Shown here piece after piece: positions 1 to 13,168 of a stretch of DNA of 64,000 bases. Made by a program: the position numbers and the translations under genes. Location: NCBI GenBank assembly GCA_038087875.1, contig CM075988.1, positions 26,414,001 to 26,478,000 of the forward strand. The letters run 5' to 3'. The notes under the pieces are model-generated. The model saw only the letters and a program-made list of their open reading frames with translations. It did not search any database and was not told the origin of the DNA. How positions within the stretch are numbered: the stretch's first letter is position 1; each line of letters starts with the position of its first letter. The DNA comes from Malacoraja senta. Lineage: Eukaryota.

Positions 1-39
1 GGCCAGTAACAATGTAACTAAATCAAGGCCATCTTTTCT

Positions 40-636
40 AGAGTCATAGAGTGATACAGTGTGGAACCAGGCCCTACGACCCAACTTGTCCACACCGGCC
101 AACATGTCCCAGCTACACTAGTCCCATCTGTCTGCGCTTGGTCCATATCCCTCCAAACTTATCCAATCCATGTAACTGTCTAACTGTTTCCTAAACGTTG
201 GGATAGTCCCAGCCTCAACTACCTCATCTGGCAGCTTGTTCCATACACCCACCACCCTTTGTGTGAAAAAGTTACCCCTCAGATTCCTCTTAAATCTTTC
301 CCCCTTCACCTTGAGCCTATGTCCTCTGGTCTTCGATTCCCCTACTCTGGGCAAGAGACCCTGTGCATCTACCCAATCTATTCCTCTCATGATTTTATAC
401 ACCTCTATAAGATCCCCCCTCATCCTCCTGCGCTCCAAGGAATGGAGACCCAGCCTATTCAACCTCTCCCTATAGCTCACACCCTCTAATCTTGGCAACA
501 TCCTCGTAAATCTTCTCTGAACCCTTTCAAGCTAAACAATATCTTTCCTATAACATGGTGCCCAGAACTGAACACAATATTCTAAATGCGGTCTCACCAA
601 CGTCTTGTACAACTGCAACATGACCTCCCAACTTCT
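40..636 (-). mobile_element. CR1-clade LINE, 5'-truncated 3' fragment
   Basis: ORF 118..501 encodes the typical CR1 ORF2 C-terminus (YRERLNRLGLHSLERRRMRGDLIEVYKIM...FFTQRVVGVWN), followed by a CR1-type 3' tail. Confidence 0.9.
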
Positions 637-1244
637 AACTTTGCATTGATTGAAGCATGTTAATTACAATAAATAACCATAGACTTCCAAGACATTATTT
701 CAGGAATAAATTCCAGATTACCTTGAGTAAGAGAATTATTAAATTGTGGTTGTTCAGTTGTTGTACAACCTCACTATCACTGGTACATTTTGAAGTATGA
801 ATGAAGTGATGATCTAAGCAATCTTACCCAGTAAGTCATCTTCCATTCTAATGTCACAACACCAGAAACTTGGGAATTGGTATAAAATTGAACTCCAAAT
901 CTTGCTGCCACAAATAATAGCTAAATCACACTCAAATAATTAAAGATGGACAAGTGTGAAACCTCCCAGGGCTCTAATTATTGGAACAAGTAATTAGTGG
1001 TCCATGTGTTTGGAATTATAGAGGCTAAATCACTGGCCTGGATTATTGATGGAGACATTAGTTTGGATCACATCGTGAGAGTCAGCAAACTTAAATTCAA
1101 GTGATTAAATAAATCTGGAGTAAAAGATGATGATGATCAGATTGTTGTAAAATCCACCTGATTAACTAACTTCCTTCACTCACTGTTCTCACCCAGTCTG
1201 CTTCTTAACTCCCCTCTCGAGGTTATAAGAATAGCACAACAAAA

Positions 1245-3030
1245 CAAACTACATACATATATACATGTAGCCCTCACTCAGAGGATATCAGGAAAGGCTT
1301 GGGAGTATAGATAAGTCTTTAGTCTTGACTTAAAAGAGTCGATGGAGGGGGCAGTTCTGATGAGAAAGGGGATGCTGTTCCACAGTCTAGGGGCTGCAAC
1401 CGCAAAGGCCCGGTCGCCCCTGAGCTTATGCCTAGACCGTGGGATATTCAGCAACCCCAATTCGGCCGATCTGAGGGGCCTGGTGGTGGAGTGATGGGTG
1501 AGAAGACTTTTTATGTAGGTGGGGGCAAGCCCATTGAGGGCTTTGTAGACATGGAGGAGGATCTTGAAGTTTATACGGAACCGCACAGGGAGCCAGTGGA
1601 GAGAGGCCAGGATCGGGGTGATGTGGTCCCTTTTTCGGGTGCCTGTCAGGAGTCTCGCTGCGGCGTTTTGGACCAGTTGCAGGCGGGACAGGGAAGATTG
1701 GCTGATGCCAGTGTAAAGGGAGTTGCAGTAATCTAGGCGGGAGGAGATGAATGTGTGGATGATCTTTTCGAGGTCATCAAGCTGGAGGAATTGTTTTATT
1801 TTAGCTATCATCCGAAGCTGAAAGAAGCTAGCTTTTACCACGGCATTGACTTGTTTGTCAAATTTCAGTGCTGAGTCAAATATCACGCCAAGATTTTTGG
1901 AAACTGTCTAATTTTGAAGAGCAGACCAATGAGACAGCCAGGTCACGGATGGAAGGGGAAATATTCGTTCTTATATTCTTTACCTTGCTGGTGAAAAATG
2001 TGGTAAATTCCTCGCACTTAGCAGGGGACCCAGTTAGGCTGGTGCTGGTGGCAGGACAGATGATGGAGGTGATGGTGCTAAAGAGGACCTTGCAATTTTG
2101 CACGTTTTTGGAGATAAGGGTGGAAAAATATTTAGTTCTTGCAGATTTTACTGCTTCCTGGTATTTGACAAGATTATTTTTCAGGAGTTCAAAGGAAATT
2201 TGAAGCTTATCAGATTTGTACTTCCGTTCTGATTTTCTGCATTCTCTTCTTAGGGCTCTGGTGGTATCATTGAGCCACGGCTCGCCTTTAGGCTTGGGCT
2301 TTTTCATTTTAAGAGGAGCAACAGAATCCAGGACGGAAGAGCAGGTATTATTGAATAAAGAAATTAGGTCGTCGGTACTGAGATGAGGGGTGGACGCCTC
2401 AATAGTGTAGATGTCAGGGGAGGCTATGAGAGCCTCAGAGAACTTACTGGCCGTCGTGGAGTTAACGTAGTGGGAGTAGCGAGCAGGGAGATGGGATTTT
2501 GAGGGAGAGAAAGGCAGAGATATATCAAATATAATAGCACTATGATCAGACAGGCAGGCATCAATAATATCTGTGTTACGAGTTGGGAGACCAGACGAAA
2601 GCACTAGGTCTAGTGTATGGCCAAGCTTGTGCGTGGGTCCAGTGGTGAGTAGAGACAGATTGAAGGACTCAACCAGGTTCATAAATTCACTCACAAGAGG
2701 CTTCGTGGGACAGCAAACGTGAATGTTAAAGTCACCAAGAATCACGACCTGGTCAAATTTGGGCAACAAGCTAGCAATAAGATCACCAAATTGTGAGATA
2801 AAGTCCTTATGCATCTTTGGTGGGCGATACACAAGAACAATTAAAAGCGGACAGATTAGACCAACTATGATTAGTTGATGTTCAAAACTGGAGACCTGAT
2901 CAGTGTTCAGAAAGCGACAGTTGAAATTCTTCTTAAACACAGTGTCTAGGCCCCCACCGCGACCTGAGAGCCTGGGCGAGCTGGAAAAGTTACAGGTTGT
3001 GCTCGGTATCATTTGGTAAAATATCTTCAC
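1245..3030 (-). mobile_element. L2-clade LINE with internal deletion (APE endonuclease joined to ORF2 C-terminus; RT core absent)
   Basis: ORF 1876..3030 has APE motifs (VYRPP, GDFNIH, GHTLDLV, SDH). ORF 1278..1886 has the L2 C-terminus (HITPILASLHWLPV). A short (TACA/TA) tail lies near 1250. Confidence 0.85.
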
Positions 3031-3287
3031 ACAATTTGTGCACTCAAGGGATGGATAACATTAGTGAGCCTCCCTCTATTATATGTGGGATGGAACTGCA
3101 GGTGCTGGTTTAAACCGAAGATAGACACAAAAAGCTGGAGTAACTCAGCGGGACAGGCAGCATGACGTCACCCATTCCTTCTCTCCAGAGATGCTGCCTG
3201 AGTTACTCCAGCATTTTGTGTCTATCTCCCTGTATCATGTTTTCTACTTACATCAGGCTAAAGGAAACGCACCCCCAATAATCTTAC

Positions 3288-3413
3288 CATTGTTACATAG
3301 ATTTCATTTTCATCATTTTTTGGTTCCGTATTGTCCTGTCCATCCACAGGTGCGGTTGTCGTGTTGCCTGGAAGTGCTGGTTGCCTCATCACGGTGATGT
3401 ATGTGTTTTGCTC
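3288..3413 (-). CDS. JAML/MPZL-family Ig receptor, cytoplasmic exon (EQNTYITV...NEIYVTM)
   Basis: 126-bp open exon in phase 0, AG acceptor 3414-3415 (weak pyrimidine tract), GTAAGA donor. Contains two tyrosine motifs. The terminal exon was not identified. Confidence 0.6.
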
Positions 3414-5278
3414 CTGATTGTTGGTGAATATATTTAATTAATCAACTGACCTTTCTTCCTCCAAATTCCAAATTAATTTCTACAGGTCCTAACTTATTTT
3501 GCTTATTGAACCAAGGCTGAATGGAACTTGATAACATTCACTGCTGAAGCTCATTCACAAAGAACGGGTGCTTTGGTGAGGTAGCGAAGCCTTTGGCACC
3601 AGGGCAAGACGATGTTCAGGAGATACAGATAAAGCTATAAAACAACTATCTCTGAATCACGCTAGTTTCCAATGCCACCCAATATCTAAGGAAGTCAAGC
3701 AAATGTGATTAGTGAACAATTCTAGAAACTGGCTACAAATACAATTATATTATTTAGTGAATAAGCCACTGTACTTGATTATATTATCATAGCAGAATAG
3801 TTAAGGGGAAAATACCATTGGACTAATAAAGCCTACATTTTTATTTCCTTAAATCACCTCTCACTGGCCCGAGTTCCAGTATTGTAAACCTTGTAGCGAA
3901 CCATTCTTGTAGCAGCTTGACTCAAATACCTGAACTCTATCATTGAAGCACAGGCCTGTAAGATCCTTATTGTCCTAATGAACACTGTCCCTCTTGTACC
4001 CTAACATTATCATTTACATGCTCTTTCACTAATGATCCGTCAGCAAATGATAGTGACCATTAGTCCCACAAACCACCCATCTCATTCTCCCTCAACCCAA
4101 TCTCTCACGGGAGTCGGTCTCTAGTTTCCCATCTCTTTGATGGAAGGCTAGCAATTCCACTGAAATATGACATATCAGTATCCCGCTAAAATATAATCTG
4201 CTGACGCTAAAGTCATCGCGAATATTTGTCCTCTATGTCACATTTGTTTCCAATAGATTATAAATATACAACCTCGGTCTATGTAACTGACTTTAGTTGA
4301 AGTAACATTCTGGACTCGTCTATAACTCTCAGTTTAATTTATTTCCTGGAACAGCAGTGCCCCTGAAGTGTTGAACAGAAACATGGAACATAGTAAGACA
4401 GGGTAGGGGGAATGTGTATGGGCATACCTGCCCTCATTGCTGAAGCATTGTTTAAGTGTTGGGACATCATGTTGCAAGTGTGGACAATGTTGCTGAGGCC
4501 ACACTTGTCTGTAGCTATGGCTGTACACTGTAAGGAGGATGTAAGTACCCTGGAGAGGGTGCAGAAATGATTCACAAGGGACGTTGCTTAGCCAGGGGTA
4601 GTGGTGAAGGCAGATACGAAAGTGACATTTTAGAGGCTTTCAGATGGGCAGGGAACGGAGGAACATGGATCACATGCAGAGCTGATTACTTTAATCTAGC
4701 ATTATGTTCAGTACAGACATAGTGGGCCGAAGGGCTTGGCCTTTTTACCCAGGAAAGACGAAGGCTGAGACACGACATCATGGAACAATATCAAATTAAC
4801 AGAGGCATGTATAGGTTAGATAGCAATGTCTGTTTCCCATGGTAGAGGTGTCTAACGTAGAGGGCATGCTTAAGGTGAGGGAGAAGGTTTAAGGTGGATC
4901 TGAGGATACATTTTTCATATAAAGAGTAGTTGGTATATGGAATGAGCTACCTGAGAAGGTGGTGGAGGCATGGACAGTAACAATAGTTACGCAGCATCTG
5001 TACAGGTATTTAAAGCTAAAAGTAGCAGGGTATATGTAGCAGGGCATAGAGGGGTAATGGAATTAGAACATACATTGAACCTAGAACAGTACAGCACAGG
5101 GGCTTGCCCTTCAACCAACCATGATGCTAATCCAAACTAAAGTTAACTGCTTGCATATGGTCTTTATTCCCAGCATATCCATGTGCCTATCTAAATGCTT
5201 CTTAAACATTGCTATCTGTTTCCACCACTTCCCCAGCAGCACCTTTCAGGTTCTAAAAACTTTCCTTGTAGACTTTCT

Positions 5279-5589
5279 TGTTTAGTTTAGTTTAGAGATA
5301 CAGCACAGAAACAGGCCCTTCGGCCCACCGGGTCCGCGCTGACCAGCGATCCTCGCTTATTAACACTATCCTATACGTACTAGGGAGAATTTTTAAAACA
5401 TTTACCCAGCCAATTTACCTACATACCTGTACGTCTTTGGAGTGTGGGAGGAAACCGAAGATCTTGGAGAAAACCCACGCGGTCACGAGGAGAACGCACA
5501 AACTCTGTACAGACAGCACCCGTAGTCGGGATCGAACCCGGGTCTCCGGCGCTGTGAGGCAGCAACTCTACTGCTGCGCCACCGTGCCG
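5279..5589 (-). mobile_element. tRNA-derived V-SINE (HE1-like)
   Basis: Minus strand has A box TGGCGCAGCAGT, B box GGTTCGATCC, a CR1-like 3' end and a (CTAAA)n tail. Related copies lie at ~30433-30738(-), ~39966-40245(+), and degenerate at ~21100-21250 and ~30040-30230. Confidence 0.8.
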
Positions 5590-5669
5590 CTCTTATAGTG
5601 TGCCAGTCACTGGAAGATCCCTCTCATTGATCGGGATCATAATAAATCTAGGCTTAAAACAGCCCTTAC

Positions 5670-5721
5670 CGTAACACTATGAAGGGCACCCGGATCATTC
5701 CTTGCAGACACATCGTAGGGT
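5670..5721 (-). CDS. JAML/MPZL-family Ig receptor, short cytoplasmic exon (RPYDVSARNDPGALHSVT)
   Basis: CCCCAG acceptor and GTAAGG donor; 52 bp, phase 2 to phase 0, compatible with the neighbouring exons. Confidence 0.7.
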
Positions 5722-5807
5722 CTGGGGGAGAAATGTTCAGCATTATACATTGTTCAACAGGTGGAGCGATGCAATTCCATTCATATCTGTCTCCAGAAAG
5801 ACTTTAC

Positions 5808-5973
5808 CTTTGATCCCTTGGTGCTGTTCTTGATGAACACTTCCGTTTGGTTACAAGAATGATGGAGAGCACAACAAGGAGGATAGAGAACCCAGCTGTC
5901 GTACTTATGATGAGACCCATTGGCATCACTTTCTCAGTCTTGTGAACGTGGATTGCTCGTGAGTGCTTGCCAT
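5808..5973 (-). CDS. JAML/MPZL-family Ig receptor, transmembrane exon
   Basis: Encodes the hydrophobic stretch LIISTTAGFSILLVVLSIILV followed by the basic stop-transfer TKRK. CAG acceptor, GTAAAG donor, phase 1 to phase 2. Confidence 0.8.
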
Positions 5974-6249
5974 CTGTGGGAGGTAGAAGAGGGGAAAAGT
6001 CAGAGAATCCCTCTCGGCTAGACACCTCTACCATGGGAAACAGACATTGCTATCTAGCTTATCCATGCCTCTGTAAATTTGATAATGTCCCATCATGTCG
6101 TCTCTCAGCCTTCGTCACTCCAGGGTGAATTTATAGCACTAGAAGTGCGACAGTGATGATGGTGGCCAAGATATTTAGATGTAAGAAGAGAAAAAATTAC
6201 CAGAAGAACCGTGACCAATTCACCCTCTAATGACCAATGATTTAACTCC

Positions 6250-6765
6250 ACTCCACAGACTGGGCGATCGTTTCGCGGAATACCTTTGCTCAGTCCGCGT
6301 GAACCTGCCTGATCTCCCGGTTGCTGGACACTTTAATTCTCCTTCCCATTCCCACACTGACCTTTCTGTCCTTGGCCTCCTCCATTGCCAGAGTGAGGCT
6401 AAACGCAAATTGGAGGAACAGCATCTCATATTTCGCTTGGGCAGCTTACAGCCCAATGGTATGAATATTGATTTCTCTCACTTCAGGTAGCCCCGGCATT
6501 CCCTCTCTCCCCCACCCAAGTCGCACTAACTCCTCATTTTCACCCAACAAACAGCTTACGATGGCCTGTTTCCTTTATCATCGTTACTTTTTTGCATATT
6601 TTTCATTCATTGTTCTTTATCTCTCCACATCACCGTCTTTATCTCTCATTTCCCTTATCCCTAACCAGTCTGAAGACGGGTCTCGACCCGAAACATGACC
6701 CATTCCTTCTCTCCAGAGATGCAGCCTGTCCCGCTGAGTTACTCCAGCTTTTTGTGTCTACTTTC
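6250..6765 (+). mobile_element. Penelope-like element 3' fragment (GIY-YIG endonuclease C-terminus plus terminal repeat)
   Basis: RLGDRFAEYL...PVAGHFN...RKLEEQHLIFRLGSLQPNGMNIDF resembles the end of a PLE endonuclease. It is followed by the terminal sequence with CTGAAGA-stem-GAAAC at ~6670. Confidence 0.85.
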
Positions 6766-6983
6766 ATTTTCGTTCCTATTTTTGCTTCCCAAGAGATAAT
6801 TTCCTTCCCTTTCACTTAATGTACAGAATCTCAAAAGATCACTCCCTCCCCATTTAGTTCTCTTGTATTGAATTGGAACATACCAATCCCTCGTTTGCTT
6901 ATATCCCACCATGTAGAATACCAAACCATCCAACTCTTTACATTCAATCCAACTGTGTACAATCGCAGTGGTTGTGTTTGTAC

Positions 6984-7200
6984 CTTCACACAAAACCATT
7001 AAAAGGGTCTTGCTGCGGTGGACTTTGTTCCACAATCTAGGGATGCGAAGATCGCAGATGAAGTTGCCATTGTCAGAGCACGTCACGTTGGTTATGAGAA
7101 TGGAGCCATTTTTCTTTCTGATGTCACCTATCCACTTTAGCCTCTGGGTGAACCTGTTGCCTTGCACCACCTCACTGTGGTCTCGGAGGTAAAACAAAAT
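6984..7200 (-). CDS. JAML/MPZL-family Ig receptor, second half of the V-set domain
   Basis: ILFYL...RFTQRLKWIGD...NGSILITNVTCSDNGNFIC contains the DxGx(Y/F)xC motif. CAG acceptor, GT donor, 217 bp, phase 0 to phase 1. Confidence 0.88.
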
Positions 7201-7805
7201 CTGTGTTGGAATAAAGAAGGAAAATAACTAAAAGGAAACAGTTCTCCATCAATTTCACCGATGAAAATTGCACTTGTTAAATGCAGAGTTGGATTATCCC
7301 TGCCCTGTCTTTATTAACATTTCCCAGAGGTGATACTTTTTAATATGATATCCAATAGATGCGACACTGACAAGTCCTGTATGTGTTGTCCATTTCTAAT
7401 ATCGCTGATATTGCCTTCTTGAACAGCGCGAATGCATATATCAGAGGTGCACAGTGCAGCGATGTAGAGTTTAGACCCAGCAATCACGAAAGATGACGAT
7501 TTGTTTCCAAATCCGGAAGGTATGTGACCTGGATGGGAACTTGCAGCTGATGGAAAACTCATGTACCCGCTGTCAGCTCTTCCTGGATGGTAAAACATGC
7601 AGGACTGGGAAGTCCAGTGGAAGCAAATGTAGGTGCTGTAATGTGTTCCAGAGGTGGCAGGAGAATGGGGTTGAGTAGGATGAATAGATCAGCCATGATT
7701 GAATGGCCTAATTCTACACCTTTGTCATTGGCCTTTCAAGTGGATTAAATCAGTGCACTGTTTTCATTGGTGAGGGTTGGTAGAGGCAGCAGGGTTTACA
7801 CTCAC

Positions 7806-7975
7806 CGCCTTCTCTCCAGTGCCATTATAAGGGGAGTACAACCATTCCAGCTTGATGTTGCGCATATCAGTGTGTTCGTGGTAGTCAAACATGCAGTCTA
7901 ACCGTAGATCCTTTCCCTGTTTCACAACCAGGTACTCTGGGGTATAGATACTAACAGCTGAGACTGGCCAGACAT
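7806..7975 (-). CDS. JAML/MPZL-family Ig receptor, first half of the V-set domain
   Basis: [23 protein letters not shown]...IKLEWLY provides the B-strand Cys and C-strand Trp. TAG acceptor, GTGAGT donor, 170 bp, phase 1 to phase 0. Confidence 0.88.
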
Positions 7976-8014
7976 CTACAAGGTAAAAGAAACCATCTGA
8001 ACTTAGACATCGAC

Positions 8015-9425
8015 ATACAGTGACACACAGACAGTGACAGACAAACAGACAGTGGCAGACAGACAGTGACAGACAGACAGACAGTGACAGACAGATAGAC
8101 AGCGACAGACAGACAGACAGGGACAGACAGACAGCGATAGACAGACAGTGACAGACAGACAGCGACAGACAGCGACAGACAGGCAGTGACAGACTGACAG
8201 TGACAGACAGACAGTGACAGACGGACAGGGACAGAGACAGACAGACAGCGACAGACAGACAGCGACAGACAGACAGCGACAGACAGACAGCGACAGACAG
8301 ACAGCGACAGACAGACAGACAGTGACAGACAGTGGCAGACAGACAGTGACATACAGACAGTGACAGACAGACAGTGACAGACAGACAGACAGTGACAGAC
8401 AGACAGTGACAGACAGACAGTGGCAGACAGACAGTGGCAGACAGACAGTGACAGACAGACAGTGACAGACAGACAGTGACAGACAGACAGTGACAGACAG
8501 ACAGACAGTGACATACAAACAGACAGTGACATACAAACAGACAGTGACAGACAGACAGTGACAGACAGACAGACAGTGACAGACAGACAGACAGTGACAG
8601 ACAGACAGACAGTGACAGACAGACAGACAGACAGTGACAGACAGACAGACAGACAGTGACAGACAGACAGTGACAGACAGATAGCGACAGACAGGCAGTG
8701 ACAGACAGACAGACAGTGACAGACAGACAGACAGTGACAGACAGACAGTGACATACAAACAGACAGTGACAGACAGACAGTGACAGACAGTGACAGACAG
8801 ACAGACAGTGACAGACAGACAGACAGTGACAGACAGAGTGACAGACAGATAGCGACACAGACAGTGACAGACAGACAGTGACAGACAGACAGTGACAGAC
8901 AGACAGACAGTGACAGACAGACAGTGACATACAAACAGACAGTGACAGACAGACAGTGACAGACAGTGACAGACAGACAGACAGTGACAGACAGACAGAC
9001 AGTGACAGACAGACAGTGACATACAAACAGACAGTGACAGACAGACAGACAGTGACAGACAGACAGACAGTGACAGACAGACAGTGACATACAAACAGAC
9101 AGTGACATACAAACAGACAGTGACAGACAGACAGTGACAGACAGTGACAGACAGACAGACAGTGACAGACAGACAGACAGTGACAGACAGAGTGACAGAC
9201 AGACAGTGACAGACAGATAGCGACACAGACAGTGACAGACAGACAGTGACAGACAGACAGACAGTGACAGACAGACAGACAGTGACAGACAGAGTGACAG
9301 ACAGACAGTGACAGACAGACAGTGACAGACAGACAGACAGTGACAGACAGGCAGTGACAGACAGGCAGTGACAGACAGACAGACAGTGACAGACAGACAG
9401 ACAGTGACAGACAGACAGTGACAAA
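8015..9425. repeat. Compound (GACA)n/GACAGT microsatellite, ~1.4 kb, intronic
   Basis: Direct observation; it produces the spurious Cys/Leu/Ser/Val ORFs. Confidence 0.97.
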
Positions 9426-11439
9426 CATCGCAGAGTCGAGTTGAGCTGGGTTAATTTCCATCCAAGAGGATGCTGCACCAACTATCTGTAATTCTATTTA
9501 CAGGACACTTAAACCTCTTGATTCGAGTTCAGCCCGTGACTGACTCACGGATATCTCTTACTCTATATATAATATCCAAAACATGGTTAGCTTTCATCTC
9601 TTTCCATCCCCTGATACCGGATATACTGTATTTATGCACAATTATCACTCTGTAATTCACTCCTAAATGTTTATGAATTTATACAAGGAAGACAAAAATG
9701 CTGGAGAAACTCAGGTGAGGCAGCATCTATGGAGCGAAGGAATAGGTGACGTTTTGGGTCTAGACCCTTCCTCAGACTTTATGCATAAACCCCTGAGCTT
9801 CTCTATTACATTCTGTTTGGTAATATATTTAAGAGTATTTGTTATTAACAACCTGCTTCATTTCAAGTTATCTGTTATAATCCACTCACTCACCTTGATT
9901 CTAGCTGAGAACTTTTCATCATTCTATGTGTAAAGCAGACAAACGCCAACATTATATTCAGTAGCCCAGCCACAGATCTCCAGGCATAATCGCCCCAAAC
10001 CATCTTTAGATTCTAGCCTCTGGTCTTTGATGGACAAACTTGCAATTCCAGAGCATTGATGCAAAGTATCTTTTGAAGTGTTGTCACATTTCTCCCGGGG
10101 TCTGATAAATGACAGCTCACTCTATGTAACCAAGCGAGCATTGCTACTTTAATCTTGGGGATTTTAATTTTGCTAACATGTAACCCCCATGATATGGTGT
10201 TTGGTCACAGACCTGTGAAAGACCATATTAACCACATCAACAACACTACTCTTTACAATCCTCTTATTGTTCTTCTAAACATTCTATTAAATGAGTAAAG
10301 AGAATTAGTCTTGAACAAATTGGGACTGGCTTGGTGTACTTATTACTTAATTGAGAGTCAGCTTGGGATGTCCATGCCACCAGTACAGGAAGAAACAGAG
10401 ACAAACTCTAAAGTGGTGTTTGAAGCAGATACATTCGCAATGTTGAAGAGACATTTAGACAGGTACCTGAACAGGCAAGGAATAGAGGGATATAGATCAA
10501 GTGCAGGGAGATCGTGGTAGTTTAATTTGGTGTTATGGTCGCTGCTGACACAGTGGCCTTAAGGGTCTGTTCCTGTGATGTACTTTGCTATATGCCTTGT
10601 TCTCAATAGAATTTAAAGGCAGCTGAAATCTCCCTACATAGGCAGTACGTTTAGTTTCCAAATAAGGCTTTCTTTGAAGAAATATAATCACTCCTTGTTT
10701 TAACCTGAAGTACTTATTCACATTAAAAGTTAAATTGGTCTGCAGCGTGCTAGCTGTTGTTGGTAAAATTCAGGTGCATGCAATGGAAACTGCAGGTGGT
10801 TTGTGGTTGGGCAAGAGGAAGGGATTTTGTGAAGTGATTTCCCCTTTATTGTAAATTACTGCTGCAGCTCTGCAGTAAAGTGTTCAACTGTGTATGGTCA
10901 AAGTGTCCACATAATTACAATTGAGCAAGGATCCACCATCATGTGGCTGTCCGCAGTCAAGTGGGCTTTAAACCTAGCTCCTGAAGGTTCCCCATGGCTA
11001 AAGAGTTCAGAAAAAGGGAATGTGGCTGGCATTCAATACTGAGGGTTTAGGTCAGAGAGCAGGGGATAGTTGTGATGCTGTATAATAGGTTGGATACATG
11101 GTTACAGGGGAATGGGTAAAGGGATATGAGAATGGGCAGGTATGAATGAGAGGGGGGGGGGGTAACATGCTCACCCTGAGGTCAACATTACAGGTAAAGT
11201 CTAGTCCAACACACCATGTATTATACTGTACATGGATCCATGGAGCCCCCTTGCACTGATGCACCTTGGACTCCATTCCACCTGAGACACTAGAGTGGGG
11301 ATTTCATTGACTTCTCATTGGGATTGACAGATTCTGTGGCACTATTTGAAGGGTGGCTATGGAGATTTTGCCAACCGCCATTCATTCTTTAATCACTTGG
11401 TAGTGTTGTAGGTCGTGAGAAGTGTTATCTAAGGCTAGA

Positions 11440-12235
11440 GAATGAAATAAAACAGTTGGAAAGTCAGATGAATTTAATGCTGACATGTGAGGTGAACACT
11501 TTGATAGGACAAACATAGTTAAAGGTAGAGCCCTAGGGTGTTAATAAACAGGGGGAATAAACGTCCATAAATCCATGAAAGTAGCAGCACATGTAGAGAG
11601 AGAGACTGGTGAAGCAGGCAAATGGGATGCTTGCCCTCATTGGGCATGGGGTAGAACAAAATGTTGCAACTTCATAAAACAATGGTCAGGTCATATTTGG
11701 AGTACTGTGTCTAGTCCTGGTCACCACCAAATATAACGGGTGTGATGGGACTGGAGAGGATTGAAGGACGATTCACCAGCGTGTCGCTTGGTTTGCAGCA
11801 TTTCAGTTCTGCAGAGACATGGGATTGGCTGGGTTGGTTTTCCCTGGAACAGAGGAGGCTGAGAAGACCGATTAGAGGTATTTAAATATATTAGTGAGAT
11901 GTATAGGATAAATAGTAAGAATCTTTATTTTCCACGGTGGGATTGTCTCAGGCAAGAGGGCATGGGCTTAAGGGGAGTGGCGGGAGATTTTGAAGGGATT
12001 TAAAGGGGGAATTCTCCCATACAGAGGGCGGTTGGAATCAGGATCACTCTGAGAAAGGGGTGGAGGCAGGTACTGTCACAGCATTGAAGAATCATCTAGA
12101 CAGGCACATTAATTGGCAAGGTATAGAAGGCTATCAAACTAATGCAGGTAACAGGGATTAGTATAGATTAATGCAGCAGTCAATATGGATGTAGTGGGTC
12201 AGAGCACTTGCTTCTGTATTGCAAGACCCTAAGAC
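11440..12235 (+). mobile_element. Old degenerate CR1 LINE fragment
   Basis: Decayed CR1 ORF2 3' sequence (GAGTACTGTGT...TGGTCACC, equivalent to [10 protein letters not shown]) and a CR1-like 3' UTR. Confidence 0.7.
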
Positions 12236-13116
12236 TACCACTGGAAAATCAGATTATCTAATTTCCTCATATTGGTGTGGAAAGTTGCTATGGGTAACCA
12301 GTTACTGTAGTTCAGAAGTACTTAATTTGTCTCCTGAGGTTGGAAAATATAAAGCATGAATGCAAGTTCTTTCTTTCTTCTACTTCTGCCTGGAGTGTGG
12401 TGAGCACAGGCTCATGCTTGGAAGCTGAGACTTCTCTGGTCTGCATGACTTCATGCCATAGTGGCAGCTCGTTCTAAACTTCCTACTCGACTGTGCCTGG
12501 TATCACACAAGGTGGTCATTGACCTGAGACCTGTCATTGACCAAAAACTGTATCTCTATTACCCGCTCCACAGACATTGCCTGACCTGTTGAGCATGTCG
12601 AGATTGCCAGCATTTCCAGGTTTTGTTTGCAGATTTCCAGCATCTGCGGGGTTTTTTCTTTTACACCTCATTTACCGTTGTGCTTCTGGGCTGAAGTGGC
12701 TGTGGAGCCATGGCTGAGAGACACTTGAAGCTGGAGATAGTTGGCTCACACGATTACAGGTTGGCGCTGAGGAATTCCCAGCAGGAACACAATGTGCAAG
12801 TTAATGGTTATCATAACCTCCATACCTCAATTAAGGTTGGCAACAGCTCTTAGAGATTGTTCTGTAATCTCCAAGATTTAAACATTAGTAATTTAGTAAA
12901 TGACCAGGGGAAAAAAAGGTTTATTTTACTTTCATTCATTGAAAACGTAAAAATTTGGGTTATGGGTAGTGAAAGCCTGTTCGATCGGTCAATAGTCTGA
13001 TGTTTGTTTGAAGTTATCCAAATGAATGGCAATGCATCCTAAGCACTAATCATGGTACCAGCGAACATATAACTCAGCATTCCACTATCTCTACTTTCAA
13101 TAGACAGAACACTTAC

Positions 13117-13168
13117 CATTGAATATGAGAATCGTGTGGAGGAAGAGCAGTCCTGTTCTGCTAAGCAT
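13117..13168 (-). CDS. JAML/MPZL-family Ig receptor, signal-peptide exon (MLSRTGLLFLHTILIFN)
   Basis: CTGCAG acceptor upstream of 13171, ATG at 13168 and GTAAGT donor in phase 1. Splices to [13 protein letters not shown], giving a plausible cleavable signal peptide. Confidence 0.75.

Noticed and set aside
5500..5589. tRNA gene
   Set aside because: The A and B boxes belong to a SINE head; no cloverleaf is evident.
7764..9481. Long Cys/Val/Leu/Ser-rich ORFs (385-565 aa)
   Set aside because: Translations of a stop-free microsatellite; only 7806-7975 is a real exon.
12676..12711. Alternative start exon MAPQPLQPRSTT for the Ig receptor
   Set aside because: Its donor is phase 0, incompatible with the phase-1 V exon, and the peptide is not hydrophobic.
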